This document shows positions 22,169 through 33,500 of a stretch of DNA of 64,000 bases, one piece after another (the first letter of the stretch is position 1; each line of letters starts with the position of its first letter). The notes beneath the pieces were generated by a model. That model was not told where the DNA came from, did not search any database, and saw only the letters and a program-made list of their open reading frames with translations. Position numbers and translations under genes: made by a program. Origin of the DNA: a virus; the IMG/VR virus record IMGVR_UViG_3300029922_000017, positions 1-64,000 of that record; one strand, written 5' to 3'.

Positions 22169-22558
22169 TTATTTCCGTCCGAAATTTCCTTCGCTACCAT
22201 CTGTTTTCCAGTCATTGGAATAATATGGTAAATTGGAATTCGGCATAACTAACAATCTAACAAAATTTCCGTTGGAAAGATAATTTATAGAATCATCTAT
22301 TAATATATCAATTCCAAGTTCTTCACATAATACCTTTTTACAGTTTTCGCCGTGAGTTGTATAGTCGGCACTAAAAACTATTCCCTCATGCCAGATATTA
22401 TTAAGTTTAAGCATTGCTTCTGCTTTTTCAATTGGCATATCTGTAATGATAAAAACTTTTATTTCAGTCAAATTAACTGTTGTAATTAATACCGAAAATA
22501 AATCTCTAATCTGAGAATGCTTGCTTAAAACTCCACCAATGTCAAACGCTATTTTCAT
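22169..22558 (-). CDS. HAD-superfamily hydrolase
   Basis: IAFDIGGVL and ILIDD motifs. Confidence 0.65.
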   Translation of the reverse strand: MKIAFDIGGVLSKHSQIRDLFSVLITTVNLTEIKVFIITDMPIEKAEAMLKLNNIWHEGIVFSADYTTHGENCKKVLCEELGIDILIDDSINYLSNGNFVRLLVMPNSNLPYYSNDWKTDGSEGNFGRK

Positions 22559-23070
22559 TCTTCATCAATTATAAACGTATGCTGTATTTGAACGACCTTA
22601 TATGGATAAGTCGGTGCAAAATCATTTTCAAATTCGATTAACCAATGGTCTATAACATGAGTCATTCCTTTACCGACTATTTTTCCATATCGGATATCTC
22701 CTTCCGGATAACCGAGACAATTCATATCAACCTTAACCATTTCACCATCTTCAAACGTTGGTTTATTTTCCATTGTATAATGTTTAATCATTAGCGGATT
22801 ATACCAGACAAACCACAAATGTCAAGCCGATTTTAAATCAACGATGCAAGTATGGCCAATATCAATAACTTTTGATATCTTATTGAAAAACACACATCGA
22901 ACAAACCATTTATCAATAATATGAGTTGCTCCTTTACAAACTATTTGTCCAGTTACAAATATAGGATGTGATTTATTTCCACTAATATTAAAATAAACTT
23001 CTTCATTTCTAATAAACTCCGGCTTGTGTTCAAAGGTATAGTATTTAATCATGTAAGAAGTATACCACAT
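22555..23070 (-). CDS. Two tandem paralogous small proteins (22555-22818, 22822-23070)
   Basis: Shared MIK.YT.E.KP.F...E.V...G.IV.KG.TH.ID.W...HT.I pattern. Confidence 0.65.
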
Positions 23071-23105
23071 ATCAATTAAGTTGTATATGGGGTGAAATAC
23101 TAATA

Positions 23106-23179
23106 CGGAGGGAATGCTCAGAATCGAACTGAGAAATCGAATTTACAAAATTCGTGTTTTACCATTAAACTACAAACCC
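23106..23179 (-). tRNA. tRNA-Thr(TGT)
   Basis: Loop TTTGTAA; mismatched acceptor stem, ends CCG. Confidence 0.7.
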
Positions 23180-23369
23180 TTGAAATAAAATACTAACTTC
23201 TACATTTAGGACATAACAATTGATTTCCTATAAATTCTAAATAAGGTCTTCCATCATTATCATTAAAAATTGGGACGGCATTATCACGACAATTATCACA
23301 TTCGTCTTGCAATGAATAATTAGCATAATATGTCTGTTCTTCAATTGATAATTCTTTATCCATATATAT

Positions 23370-23445
23370 TGGTGCTCATATCAGGAGTCGAACCTGAAAC
23401 TCAATCTTCGTAGGATTTTATGATATCCAATTTCACCATACGAGC
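23370..23445 (-). tRNA. tRNA-Arg(ACG)
   Basis: Loop CTACGAA, CCA. Confidence 0.9.
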
Positions 23446-24197
23446 ATTATCTAATTTTTCCTCCAACATCTAGAGGCCAAGCAGGACATGGGCATTGGCT
23501 TAATCCAATATAACCACTAAAATCTTTTTTCTTATCACACCCACAATATTTTCCATGAGGACCGGTATTTGTTAATACTCGTTCAATATATGTATTATAA
23601 TCAACTTTTTTATCGTCATATTTCATAATTTACTATTTTCTACTTGTTTCTTCGCTTCTTCAAATGTTACTGATTTTGGTTGTGCGTCAACTGCGGCTTG
23701 AATTTTCTTACGAACTTCTTGTAACTTTTCATCTTCTTCGAGATATTTCTCAACTTTTCTAAGTGCCGCTTCCGACATAGTTACTCCACCAATTCGATAC
23801 ATCTGCAACAGTGCTTCTTTTTTAGATGTTAACGGTTGATTTAATCTTCCTTCTAATGTTGGCCATTTACACTTTCCGTCGGCATGACCATATTTACAAT
23901 TACATTTTTCTAATTCATCAATATTATATGTTCCATTACAAATGGGACAAATCATATGGTCAGTATTCCAAGGTTCTACTCCTTGACATAGTTCTAATTG
24001 CCTATCACAAATTTTACAATATTTAGTCATAAAGATGGTCATATTTACCCACAAATTCATACGTATATTTGATTTCACTATATGGCAATGTCCAATTCCA
24101 TAGATGGTATTTTCCATCTGACAATTTATATTGATGAGCATGTATATCGAGCATTGTGCTATTATACCAAATTTAACCTGTTTGTCAACTTTTTAAT

Positions 24198-24271
24198 TGG
24201 TGCAGTATATCTGGATTGAACAGATGTATGAAACGTGGCAGGTTTCCATTTTACCACTAAATTAATACTGC
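24198..24271 (-). tRNA. tRNA-Gly(GCC)
   Basis: Loop CTGCCAC, CCA. Confidence 0.85.
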
Positions 24272-24276
24272 ATTTA

Positions 24277-24350
24277 TGGAGCCGAATCTGGAGCTTAAAT
24301 CCAGTTTTCTTTTTTACCAAAAAAGAGTAATATCCATATACTAAATCGGC
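24277..24350 (-). tRNA. tRNA-Thr(GGT)
   Basis: Loop TTGGTAA, GCC start, CCA. Confidence 0.8.
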
Positions 24351-24361
24351 ATAACGTGTGC

Positions 24362-25114
24362 TTAGTGATTTCCATATTTCATCCGGTATTCTCGTCTAGA
24401 TGAATTTTTATTTTTACTACCATAGTTATCAGTCAACGAATGGCAGTTCCAACATAATAATTGTAGATTTTCAATTCTGTTATTTGATGCGTTTCCATCC
24501 ATATGATGAAGTGTGAGAGGTATATCGGTTTCAATTGACTGGTTAGATGATATATTTTTGATATTCCATTTAGATAAATTACAAGACTCGCATCGAACCC
24601 CACGGATATCAATCAACGCTTTTCGAATTGTATTCCCATTCGACGGGGTGCTTGGAAATAAATTGTTTTTTAATTTATTCATTCGATTTATTCTACTCAG
24701 TTCTGTGCGGCACGAATAACTGCACGTTTTATATTTTGATATTTTGTTGCATATTCTACATTGCTTATCACAATATTCCCCATGTTTAGTTCTATGTATG
24801 TTCATTATTTCTTTGTTATCCAATAACGAACATTTTCGGCTACAATATATCTTTTGTGTTTCCTTCTTCTCATATTGAATAATAACATTGCAACATTTGC
24901 ATATATTTGGATTCTTATAATAATTTGTCCTGTTTCGAATTGCTCGTTGGTGACATTGATATAAAGTAGCACATTTCAGATTGCAGAAAAAATTTTGCCG
25001 TCCAGCTTTCACATATGAGTTATATTCCGGCTCATATTTTTGAAATTCTTGATTGCATTGTTTGCAAATTAAATTTATCGTATTCATAGATATAACTATA
25101 ACGATAAATAACAT
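24362..25114 (-). CDS. HNH homing endonuclease with Cys-rich repeats
   Basis: LHHMDGN..NN..ENLQLLCWNCH. Confidence 0.85.
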   Translation of the reverse strand: MLFIVIVISMNTINLICKQCNQEFQKYEPEYNSYVKAGRQNFFCNLKCATLYQCHQRAIRNRTNYYKNPNICKCCNVIIQYEKKETQKIYCSRKCSLLDNKEIMNIHRTKHGEYCDKQCRICNKISKYKTCSYSCRTELSRINRMNKLKNNLFPSTPSNGNTIRKALIDIRGVRCESCNLSKWNIKNISSNQSIETDIPLTLHHMDGNASNNRIENLQLLCWNCHSLTDNYGSKNKNSSRREYRMKYGNH

Positions 25115-25166
25115 AAATGTAAAATATTTTTTATTATTGTTTCAATCATATGGCTGGCTTCCGCAA

Positions 25167-25241
25167 TGAGCCGCTTAGTTGAATCGAACAACTATATTAT
25201 CGCTACGAGGGATATGTGTTAGCCTGTTACACCAAAGCGGC
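25167..25241 (-). tRNA. tRNA-Thr(CGT)
   Basis: Loop CTCGTAG, GCC start, TTCGATT T-loop. Confidence 0.8.
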
Positions 25242-25284
25242 GGGTTGACCATATTGTAAACTTCTTGTGGACGGCGGAAAGGAA

Positions 25285-25635
25285 TTAAATAGTATCATGA
25301 ATAGACCATAGAGTTTTATAATCATCTCCATAATCATATTCGACGGCAGTATCACCACATTCAATTGCTAAGTTAATAAGTGCCTTTTTCTGTTTATCAT
25401 TAGGCGGCATTTTTTCATTATGTGCCATCAATACAGCACCCATAAAACATACTCTCATATAGCCGAGTTTCCATGCTTCGTCAATTGCTACCATGCTCTT
25501 TTTTATATTGGTGTAAGAGAATGCTGCATGAGTTCCATTAAGAACAGGTAAAAATTTACCATCTGGAGTTAACCAAGAATATCTATTCTTAGCAATGTCA
25601 ATTCCTTATTTTAATAATGTCCTGAGTAATATCAT
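25285..25635 (-). pseudogene. ORF with in-frame TAA at codon 10
   Basis: MILLRTLLK*GIDIAKNRYSWLTPDGKF... continues in frame into the annotated 69-aa ORF; TATTTAT motif upstream. Confidence 0.55.
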
Positions 25636-25820
25636 TAATATATAAATATATTACCATTCCGGTATAGTTGATGATTGTGTGAATTTAACAGGAATATTAT
25701 CTAGTTTGTGAATTTTTTTGATTATCATTCTGTGATTTTTTAATACTTTTTTAATTAATTTATCACTTAATTGCACCGGCACTTTAGTTGAATGTTTTAT
25801 ATACATATTTTTATTTTGGT

Positions 25821-25897
25821 TGGCACACCATCTAAGAATTGAACTATAGATTTTTCGTTTCAGAGACGAAAGTAATTAACCGTTATACGAATGGTGT
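25821..25897 (-). tRNA. tRNA-Gln(CTG)
   Basis: Loop CTCTGAA, GCCA end. Confidence 0.85.
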
Positions 25898-26914
25898 ATT
25901 TCTTAAAATTAAGGTTAATGAATTTAAATGTTTAGAAACTGCCTCGGCTGCTTCTAACTCAGTATTAAATCGTTTACAGAAGAGTGATTTCTTATCTTTA
26001 TCTTTAATATGTGCCATCCATTTATTCCTCCCCGAATTAAAGCTCACATATAAATATCTAGATGGAAATTTTCTTGTTGCTTGTTTCGGATGTTCTAGTT
26101 TAAATTTTTTACGAGACGTATGAGAAAATTTTGATATATTCTTGTTATCAATTCCATATGATTTGCACCATTTTCTTATACTGTTATCGCTTACTCCATA
26201 TTTTTTACCTAAAATACTCATCGGAAATTCTCGGATTTCTTTTTCTAATATTTCTTTGGATGGACGTATAACTTTTCTCATAAATTTCCTTGTCGATGAG
26301 TTATTATACTGTTCCACTCTATTTTCTGGTTTTTGATAGCAATCATTACATAACAATGATGATTTGCACTTTTCTTTACCGCACATACATAGATGTGTTA
26401 TTTTATTAGATTTCCCCGCAAACGTATCGGTTTGGCTGTGACAATTAGGGCATAGCCATCTTAAATTTTCAATTCTGTTATCTGTTCCAACACCATTAAT
26501 ATGGTCTAATTGAAGAGTTAGAGGGTTATTATCCCATATTGGTTCCAACTCGCAATTTTTACATATATATGGAAACATATTATATATCTTTAAATATCGT
26601 TTGACAGAACTTCTATCATAAGAACAATTTTCTATAAATAAGACTGATTTACATTCTTCCAAGGAAAGTCTATTACATTCTGGAAATTTCCGACCCCTAT
26701 TAGAGTCCATTCCAAGTTTAATATGACTGAAATCTATATTTTCTTCTATAAGTCTTCTCTTCAATGTGTTTGTGTTTCCTCCCTTCGATGTTAATCCAAA
26801 TTTAAGTAACACTTTATTTAGAGAATCTGAGTTCTTAACTAATGTTATTAATTCACTAGTTGACATTTTCCAAATTAAACTGCGTTTTGCTCTTTTTTTA
26901 AAAGTTTTAATCAT
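25883..26914 (-). CDS. HNH homing endonuclease with HTH and AP2-like domains
   Basis: LQLDHING...DNRIENLRWLCPNCHSQT; YGVSDNSIRKW; KWMAHI...FNTELEAA. Confidence 0.88.
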   Translation of the reverse strand: MIKTFKKRAKRSLIWKMSTSELITLVKNSDSLNKVLLKFGLTSKGGNTNTLKRRLIEENIDFSHIKLGMDSNRGRKFPECNRLSLEECKSVLFIENCSYDRSSVKRYLKIYNMFPYICKNCELEPIWDNNPLTLQLDHINGVGTDNRIENLRWLCPNCHSQTDTFAGKSNKITHLCMCGKEKCKSSLLCNDCYQKPENRVEQYNNSSTRKFMRKVIRPSKEILEKEIREFPMSILGKKYGVSDNSIRKWCKSYGIDNKNISKFSHTSRKKFKLEHPKQATRKFPSRYLYVSFNSGRNKWMAHIKDKDKKSLFCKRFNTELEAAEAVSKHLNSLTLILRNTPFV

Positions 26915-26973
26915 ATACTATAAATAGTATAATGGTAGCAGAAAACTCAATTTATTTTGGGTGTTACCGGTAA

Positions 26974-27047
26974 TGTTCCCGCAGTCTGAGTCGAACAGAC
27001 CCTAATTCTTTCAAAGAGAATTTTGCGAACCGATACAATATACGGGA
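26974..27047 (-). tRNA. tRNA-Gln(TTG)
   Basis: Loop CTTTGAA, TTCGACT T-loop. Confidence 0.85.
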
Positions 27048-27071
27048 GTAAATATAGTAAGATTATAAAAT

Positions 27072-27145
27072 TGGAGCAATGGGTTAGGTTTAAACTAACA
27101 AGTCCTTCAAAGAAAGAAGGCATTTTATCATTAAATTACAAATGC
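27072..27145 (-). tRNA. Degenerate tRNA, nominal TCT anticodon
   Basis: Cloverleaf spacing and CCA, but loop TTTCTTT and mismatched acceptor. Confidence 0.45.
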
Positions 27146-27935
27146 ATTAAAAGATTATTTTAACTTAAATTGATTTCTACCAATACATTCAAAAGGAACA
27201 TCATCAACTTCAGGCGTAGTTTGTGCTGCCGGTGTTTTTGCGGCAAGACTTTCCGGTGAAATAATATGAACACCATCACATGAATTATAAACTTCTCCTG
27301 CTGATTTTTGAGCATCTGCCATATTATCATTAACTGAATGGATAGTCTGATGTTGTCCTAATACTGCATCCGTTGCTTTACAATGAGCATTATTTAAAAT
27401 CATTACTATATATTTTCCTTGTGCCACGCAATAAATTGTGCATTGTTAAGAGGCATACCACGTGGACTTCGAAATTATTTACATTGCTTTTGCATTTACA
27501 CTTCTTAATGCAATTCCAAATTTGGTTCCATTTCGCCATCCAATATAAAATTCTTTGCTTTTACCTTTATAACAGAAGAACGGCAATATTATATTAACTG
27601 ACCTTCCGGTTTGAGGGTCAATATTATTAAAATTGACTAATTCCGGATTATCTGCCAATCCAATGACGTAAAAACAGAAATTGTTAAGTGGATTTCTAAT
27701 TGCCCATAAAATATTTCGTATCCATAATGGTTTATTCGGATAAAATGTTGGATGATTTGGTTCTCCTTTACTATTAACGCTATCAACTGGGTCAATATAA
27801 TTGCCGAGCCACCAAATAGGATTTATTTTCTTATACCACGGAATTGGAAATTTGTTCATATTAATAAATATAAATAAAAACGTCTAATCTATCGGTAAAG
27901 ATAGCAATCGGACAAGACTTTCAACGTTTTTTAAA

Positions 27936-28025
27936 TGGCGGTGTTAACGAGACTTGAACTCGCTATGTGCATATTATGCAGTCTTCCGTGACAGGGAAGC
28001 GGCTCGACTCTTTACCTTCAACACC
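27936..28025 (-). tRNA. tRNA-Asp(GTC) with long variable arm
   Basis: Loop CTGTCAC, GCCA end, variable arm TGCAT-AAT-ATGCA. Confidence 0.85.
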
Positions 28026-28080
28026 GTAAAATATTTACAACCAAGTAGCATTTTGAAGACTCTCACTTATATTTATAAGT

Positions 28081-28890
28081 ATGAATGAAATTGATTATAA
28101 TTTAAATCCATATAAATGTGATGCTTGCCAATCTACTATTCCATATAAAAAAGGAAGGCGCAAATCTAAGTTAGGGTTGAAATTCTGTAATAATTTGTGT
28201 CAAGGTGTTTATACCGAAACATTGAATAAGGAAAATTACTATACAAATCCACTATGTTGTAACCAATGTAATAAAATTATTCCATATAATAATAGAAAAT
28301 CAAATGGAAATTTAAAGTTTTGTAGTAATTTATGCTCTAATACGTATTATAAATATAAAAAATTTACGCCTGAAGTTTTACAAACGATGAGAGAAAAATC
28401 AAAACTAATCCAACCAAAACTATGGGATTTAACCGCTAGGATTGCACACTCCAAAATAATGAAACAAGTTGTAAATAACCATCCAAATTCATATTCTAGT
28501 AATAACATTTGCGGCAGAGTTAAATCAATTCCTATTATTGATAGTCTCGGCAATACTTCTAAATGTCTCGGAAATTGGGAATTGTTGGTATCTAAATTCT
28601 TAACTGACAATAATATTCGATGGACTAACACCATCAATACAGTATTTAATTATAATTGGAATGGGGCTGTCCATAGATATTTCCCAGACTTTAAATTACT
28701 TGATTATACTGGTGTATATATTGAAGTTAAGGGATACGAACGGGAGCGAGACCGAGAAAAATGGAAACAATTCCCGGATACATTAATAATTATTAAATTG
28801 AAAGAAATTAAAGAAATTAAAAATGGAACATTTCAATTGAATATTGGTTGCGGAGCACGGGAGTCGAACCCAGTATCTCTAAGCTTATGA
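28081..28890 (+). CDS. Zn-finger + PD-(D/E)XK homing endonuclease
   Basis: Repeated C..C/FC...C units; YFPDF...YIEVKG; 3' end overlaps tRNA on the opposite strand. Confidence 0.8.
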   Translation: MNEIDYNLNPYKCDACQSTIPYKKGRRKSKLGLKFCNNLCQGVYTETLNKENYYTNPLCCNQCNKIIPYNNRKSNGNLKFCSNLCSNTYYKYKKFTPEVLQTMREKSKLIQPKLWDLTARIAHSKIMKQVVNNHPNSYSSNNICGRVKSIPIIDSLGNTSKCLGNWELLVSKFLTDNNIRWTNTINTVFNYNWNGAVHRYFPDFKLLDYTGVYIEVKGYERERDREKWKQFPDTLIIIKLKEIKEIKNGTFQLNIGCGARESNPVSLSL

Positions 28891-28924
28891 GGCTTGAATG
28901 ATTATTCCGTTTCACTCCTCCGCA
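28845..28924 (-). tRNA. tRNA-Met(CAT), initiator-like acceptor
   Basis: TGCGGAG/CTCCGCA-ACCA, loop CTCATAA. Confidence 0.85.
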
Positions 28925-29915
28925 ATTAAATATTCATCCACCCATTAACACTAATGACTTTATTTTTTCTTAACAAACGGCGATACGTTGTGTGGACTAC
29001 TGAATTATTTAAATTATTGTTACCAGAATTCCGTTATGTCACTGGTTCTATCTCATTATTCACTCAACATACAAACGAATTACTTCTCCGCCGAGTCTTT
29101 ATGATTGGTCTATATCATCCAATCGTTATAGATAACACTTCAATTGTGCTTTCTTACGTCTATTACACTAAACAATAAATTCTTTCAGCTTGCGACTTGA
29201 ACGCTATATAATACTCCCACCACGCAGGGAACGGAGACTCACGTAACTAATGTCACTTTAATCAATAAATTATTTCTAATTATTACCCACCGATGGCCGT
29301 ATTCTCTCGAATCAACTTGATTGATATTTCGTATTGTCTTACCGCTTATACTACTGAAATTATTTCCAATTCGTCTGGGTCATATGTAGCAATTCCGGTT
29401 GAGAATTGAATATCATAACATAACCCATGACTGTCGTGGCTTGCTATAATATAGCCACATCTTCCAACATACTTCAATCTTTCAACTTGACCTTCATCCG
29501 TATAATCCCGCTGTTCAATTTTATTAGCAACTTGAACATCTATATGTTGTTTAATTTTCATATCAATTACGAATTAGTTCTCTCACGATTTCCTCGCCCG
29601 ATTTCCAGCCCCATTTTGGAGTTTGTATATCTTTTAATTGTTCCGATAAATCATTATTTTGAGTCTTCAATTGAAGATTCTCATCTTTCAATTTTTCATT
29701 TTCCGTTTTTAAAATATTGTAAAGATACTTTAGCTCGTAATATTCTCCACAAAAATTATCAGATTCGTAATTCATATTGACATGCTACCATAATTAGAAA
29801 ATAAGTCAAGAGAATAAAATCCTAATGAAGCCGCTACTATATAATGTTTATAACCATCATATTTTGCCTTGTTTAAACCATCCTATGGTCACATCATTAT
29901 TTTACGTAAATTATA

Positions 29916-29992
29916 TGGTCCCGTATGGCAGAATCGAACTGCCGCTGTTAATTTTTCAAACTAACGTGCTGACCACTCTACACTATTACGGG
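29916..29992 (-). tRNA. tRNA-Phe(GAA)
   Basis: Loop TTGAAAA, CCA. Confidence 0.85.
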
Positions 29993-30007
29993 ATACTAAA
30001 TTATTAA

Positions 30008-30084
30008 TGGTGGCAATGACAAGATTCGAACTTGTATATCTTTTCCTTATGATGGAACTGCAATACCAATTATGCTACACTGCC
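30008..30084 (-). tRNA. tRNA(CAT), Met or Ile2
   Basis: Loop ATCATAA, CCA. Confidence 0.8.
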
Positions 30085-30195
30085 ATAATTTATATTAAAT
30101 TCAAAGAATTCCACCACGCATTTAGATTTTTAATTTCTTGTTTTTTACAATGTAAAGCGGAAATGGAAATTGACTCCATTTAGCTCTATCTTTAT

Positions 30196-30269
30196 CCGTC
30201 TCCTATGATTGAGTTGAACAATCTCCACAAGTTCCCAAAACTTGTATGCTACCGGAACACCTATAGGAG
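30196..30269 (-). tRNA. tRNA-Pro(TGG)
   Basis: C1-G72, loop TTTGGGA. Confidence 0.85.
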
Positions 30270-30689
30270 TAAAACTTTTACCATGAGAAGCCGCCATATC
30301 ATTTTCACCGATAGTCTAAGCACCGGTTTACCGGCGAGTAATCTCTTCCGAAACTTTACTTCCTCATTAGCATAAATTATTTAATGCTTGGGACTTTTAC
30401 CCCGTTCTTTACTCATATCGAGCGACATAAACTCAATAGCGTTTTCTTTTATATAAAATTGTCAATTAAATTTCGGTATGAAAATCAATTCTCCATCAAT
30501 TTTCAATGTTCTATCTATAATATCACAAACTTCACAGGGAAGTGGGTCTTCCATTCGTAATTCATCTGATTCATATCCCGGAATTTCTCCTCTAAAATGT
30601 TTACATGTTTTCTTTTTATTCATACTGTAAAATATCATATATATGTTACAGCTACATGTCAGTTATGTTACATTATCGTAACATTAAAT

Positions 30690-30850
30690 TGGTGGACGTA
30701 TCGTGCCTCTTACGGTTGATTGGTTACAACGAGTTATTAGGGCTTATTCCAATAACATCAAAATTAACTTGTTAATAATAGGACAACTACTATTAACAAA
30801 TAAAGGTGCATTACTGTCCTTTGAGTAACCCTCGATGGTGCGCTTTGTCC
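30690..30850 (-). ncRNA. Putative CCA-ended structured RNA (about 160 nt)
   Basis: Closing stem GGAC/GTCC-ACCA, internal hairpins TTGTTAATAGTAG/CTATTATTAACAA and GTTATT/AATAAC, ATTT trailer. Confidence 0.5.
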
Positions 30851-31231
30851 ACTAGAATTGCAATTCTAATAAGCGTTAAGGGTTATACTTTACTATGTTT
30901 GGTCCATTGTTTTTCACAATCCAAACAATTAAAACAAACCCAATACTGATCATCATTAGGGTCAAAATTACCAGTGTTCGAATCATAATTTTTAACCGCA
31001 TTTACATGCGGACATTTAGCTTGAATCTTGTCTTTCCGTTTTTGTAAATTTGCTATTTGTTTGTTAATATCTAGAATTGATTGTTTCATTCTGATATTAT
31101 GACATATTTGTTATTAATGTCAAGCTGAAATAGTTTTCCAAGGATTTCACAAATGTTCTCTCTTTTCATGCCTTACTCAGAGAATCTATCTTGTTCCACT
31201 AGGTTAACCGAAAATGATTAACCATATAAAT

Positions 31232-31306
31232 TGGTGGGCGGGTATACTCGTCATTATGACCTTTACTCGTAACAGATTTCTCCTACGAAGATTTCAGACG
31301 CCGCCC
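31232..31306 (-). ncRNA. Putative tRNA-sized CCA-ended RNA without cloverleaf
   Basis: GGGCGG/CCGCCC-ACCA closing stem, 75 nt, no T-loop motif. Confidence 0.55.
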
Positions 31307-31320
31307 ATTCTATAAAAATC

Positions 31321-31592
31321 AACTGTTACATAGATGTTACAAGACTTAGGAGGATGCTTACATACTCATAATTCAGCTTAGTATGCCTGCTGCTACGTAA
31401 CAGTTTAAATTGTTTTATATATGACATTCATTGCGCTTCGAATAGCACTTAACGGCTAATTGCCATAGACGTTTCTATTCCAAGATTCCCGCCATATATA
31501 AATTGTTTACTAGCCCTCATTCCTAATGAGTAGCCTCAATACAATGTATCTCAGTTGTTTCGTAAGTTAATGACTGCCGCAACCTTAGTAAA
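31321..31592 (-). ncRNA. Three tandem ~85-90 nt stem-closed RNA units
   Basis: Closing stems AACTGTTAC/GTAACAGTT, TTTATATATG-like/CATATATAAA and TTTACTA/TAGTAAA separated by AAATTG spacers. Confidence 0.45.
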
Positions 31593-31879
31593 TTGTTTAC
31601 ATGTAATCGGTATCATGAATGAATTTTTTACAACCACATAATTCACATTTTGAAATTATAATATCTAAATCATAACTGGCTCCGCACCCGATACATTTTT
31701 TATAATTTTGTAAACGTTTTTTAACAGTTTCTATTGGGCGATTACAAAATTCATCAATAGTTCTTAGCTTATTTGTTTTCATAAATTGGCACTTACTCTC
31801 AAGTTGTCAATCATCACAATCCCCAGTTGGAACTGGTTACTTGTTACGGAACGATTTGCCGTTTATTTAATAAATTAAA

Positions 31880-31967
31880 TGGTGGGCGTGGCAGAATTCG
31901 AATCTGCGAAGTCAATTAAGACGAGAGATTTACAGTCTCTTGGTTTTAACCACTCACCCACACGCCC
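31880..31967 (-). tRNA. tRNA-Tyr(GTA)
   Basis: Loop CTGTAAA, variable arm, CCA. Confidence 0.92.
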
Positions 31968-31975
31968 ATTAAAAA

Positions 31976-32488
31976 TTACCCATAATAAAAATCTCTCCAA
32001 TTTTCCGGAATATATTTGTCTAGCGATGTTAATTTATCCTTATCCAGTTTCTTTGTATGCATCATTCTATGATGATTGGGACATACATATGCCAAATTCC
32101 AATGTTCATCTGCATTGTCTATTTTCTTTCCATTTATATGGTGAATATCACACGTCGATTCTTTCCATCCACAAATACAACACCCGATATTTAACCGTTT
32201 AAGTATTTTACATGCAGTTCTAGAACTTACGCTTAAAATAGAATCAATTCTTCCTTTATGTTTTCCTATTGAACTATTGATTCCGTTTATACTTCTTTTT
32301 TCTGGGTGTTTATCCCAATATCGTTTAAGTCCATGTCCTATATTTTGTTTTGCTGCATCTGACAGCTTTCGGTGTGAATTATTATATGTTGATGCACATG
32401 ACAAACTACAAAACTTTCCTCTGTTATTACCAGTTGAATATTTCGTTTCAAATTCTTTATTACAATTTACGCAATTTAATGTATTCAT
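31976..32488 (-). CDS. HNH homing endonuclease
   Basis: CCICGW...DIHHI.......NLAYVCPNHH. Confidence 0.85.
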   Translation of the reverse strand: MNTLNCVNCNKEFETKYSTGNNRGKFCSLSCASTYNNSHRKLSDAAKQNIGHGLKRYWDKHPEKRSINGINSSIGKHKGRIDSILSVSSRTACKILKRLNIGCCICGWKESTCDIHHINGKKIDNADEHWNLAYVCPNHHRMMHTKKLDKDKLTSLDKYIPENWRDFYYG

Positions 32489-32662
32489 ATACTATAAATA
32501 TACGTGTAGTAGTCGAATCTATGATTTATTTTGTAAATTTTAACAGTTTTCCCCGCTACCCCTACGGAATAATCTTGCATATTAAAGTAATCTAACCTCA
32601 ATTAGATACAGCCATTACTATGTTGACCGAGTTCACTCGCTCTGTGTTTATATAAACATACT

Positions 32663-33358
32663 TTAAAATTTATAGATTCTACCTTTCATCCATCCTTGAG
32701 ATATATACAAGTCCAGTTCCTCTTTTTTTATCTTTTTATTTAATTTTTGTTTCGTTGAGTATATCCAACATGTTCCATATTGTGAATTTAATTTTCCTAT
32801 TCTCTGAGATGCTTTTATTGATTGCTTATCCTTTGTTTCTTGAGTATGTTTACGACCAGACCAATGATGTCCATCTCGACTGAACTTCTCTTTTAAAGCG
32901 GCTGACACTTTTATTTTCCACTCTTCCCATAATCCCTTCTCTATAAGATATTTCTTAACTTCCCTACCATTCCACAAATTTTGTTTTCCATGAGTTTCAT
33001 CTCCAATTCCCGGATATAAATTTTTACCAGTCGAATTTGCGTGTTCCCATGTTCCTTGACCTCCGAGAATAAGATTATATGTATTTTCAGATTCTACGAA
33101 TATAGCATTAACTATTTCTTTTTCTTTATCATACATTGCTTCGGAAGAATCGAATACAAATAAAATTTCTTTTTTAAAATTTTCAATCCCATATTTTGCA
33201 ATTGACCGTTTAAGTAAAGTGCCAGACCCAAGATATTCATCATTTATATTTTTTGTCTTGTGAATGCCAATATAAATTTTATTATTTATAATATTGGTAG
33301 TTTTATATACTGTATATTTATAGTTCGAGTCCATGAATATAAATATGGACTCGAACAT
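32663..33358 (-). CDS. GIY-YIG homing endonuclease, Seg-like
   Basis: VYKTTN.INNKIYIG.H...Y.GSG; YNL..GG; NUMOD3-like KHTQETK. Confidence 0.88.
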   Translation of the reverse strand: MFESIFIFMDSNYKYTVYKTTNIINNKIYIGIHKTKNINDEYLGSGTLLKRSIAKYGIENFKKEILFVFDSSEAMYDKEKEIVNAIFVESENTYNLILGGQGTWEHANSTGKNLYPGIGDETHGKQNLWNGREVKKYLIEKGLWEEWKIKVSAALKEKFSRDGHHWSGRKHTQETKDKQSIKASQRIGKLNSQYGTCWIYSTKQKLNKKIKKEELDLYISQGWMKGRIYKF

Positions 33359-33388
33359 CGAAACTGTAATTTATTTTCGATTAATTTC

Positions 33389-33463
33389 TGGCTCCGAGGG
33401 CAGGTTCTGCCCCTGCACCATCTTTCTTAACAGGAAAGTGGACTACTGTTATCCCACCTCGGA
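33389..33463 (-). tRNA. tRNA-Asn(GTT)
   Basis: TCC start, loop CTGTTAA, GCCA end, unusual T-loop GGCAGAA. Confidence 0.85.
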
Positions 33464-33500
33464 ATTAAAATGATTTTTTCATCTCTTCATTAAAAGAGGA

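Noticed and set aside
30280-30440. RNase P RNA (GAGGAA..AAAGT-like sequence)
   Set aside because: Lacks the GAGGAAAGUCC and AAYxCGGCUUA P4 motifs and is too short.
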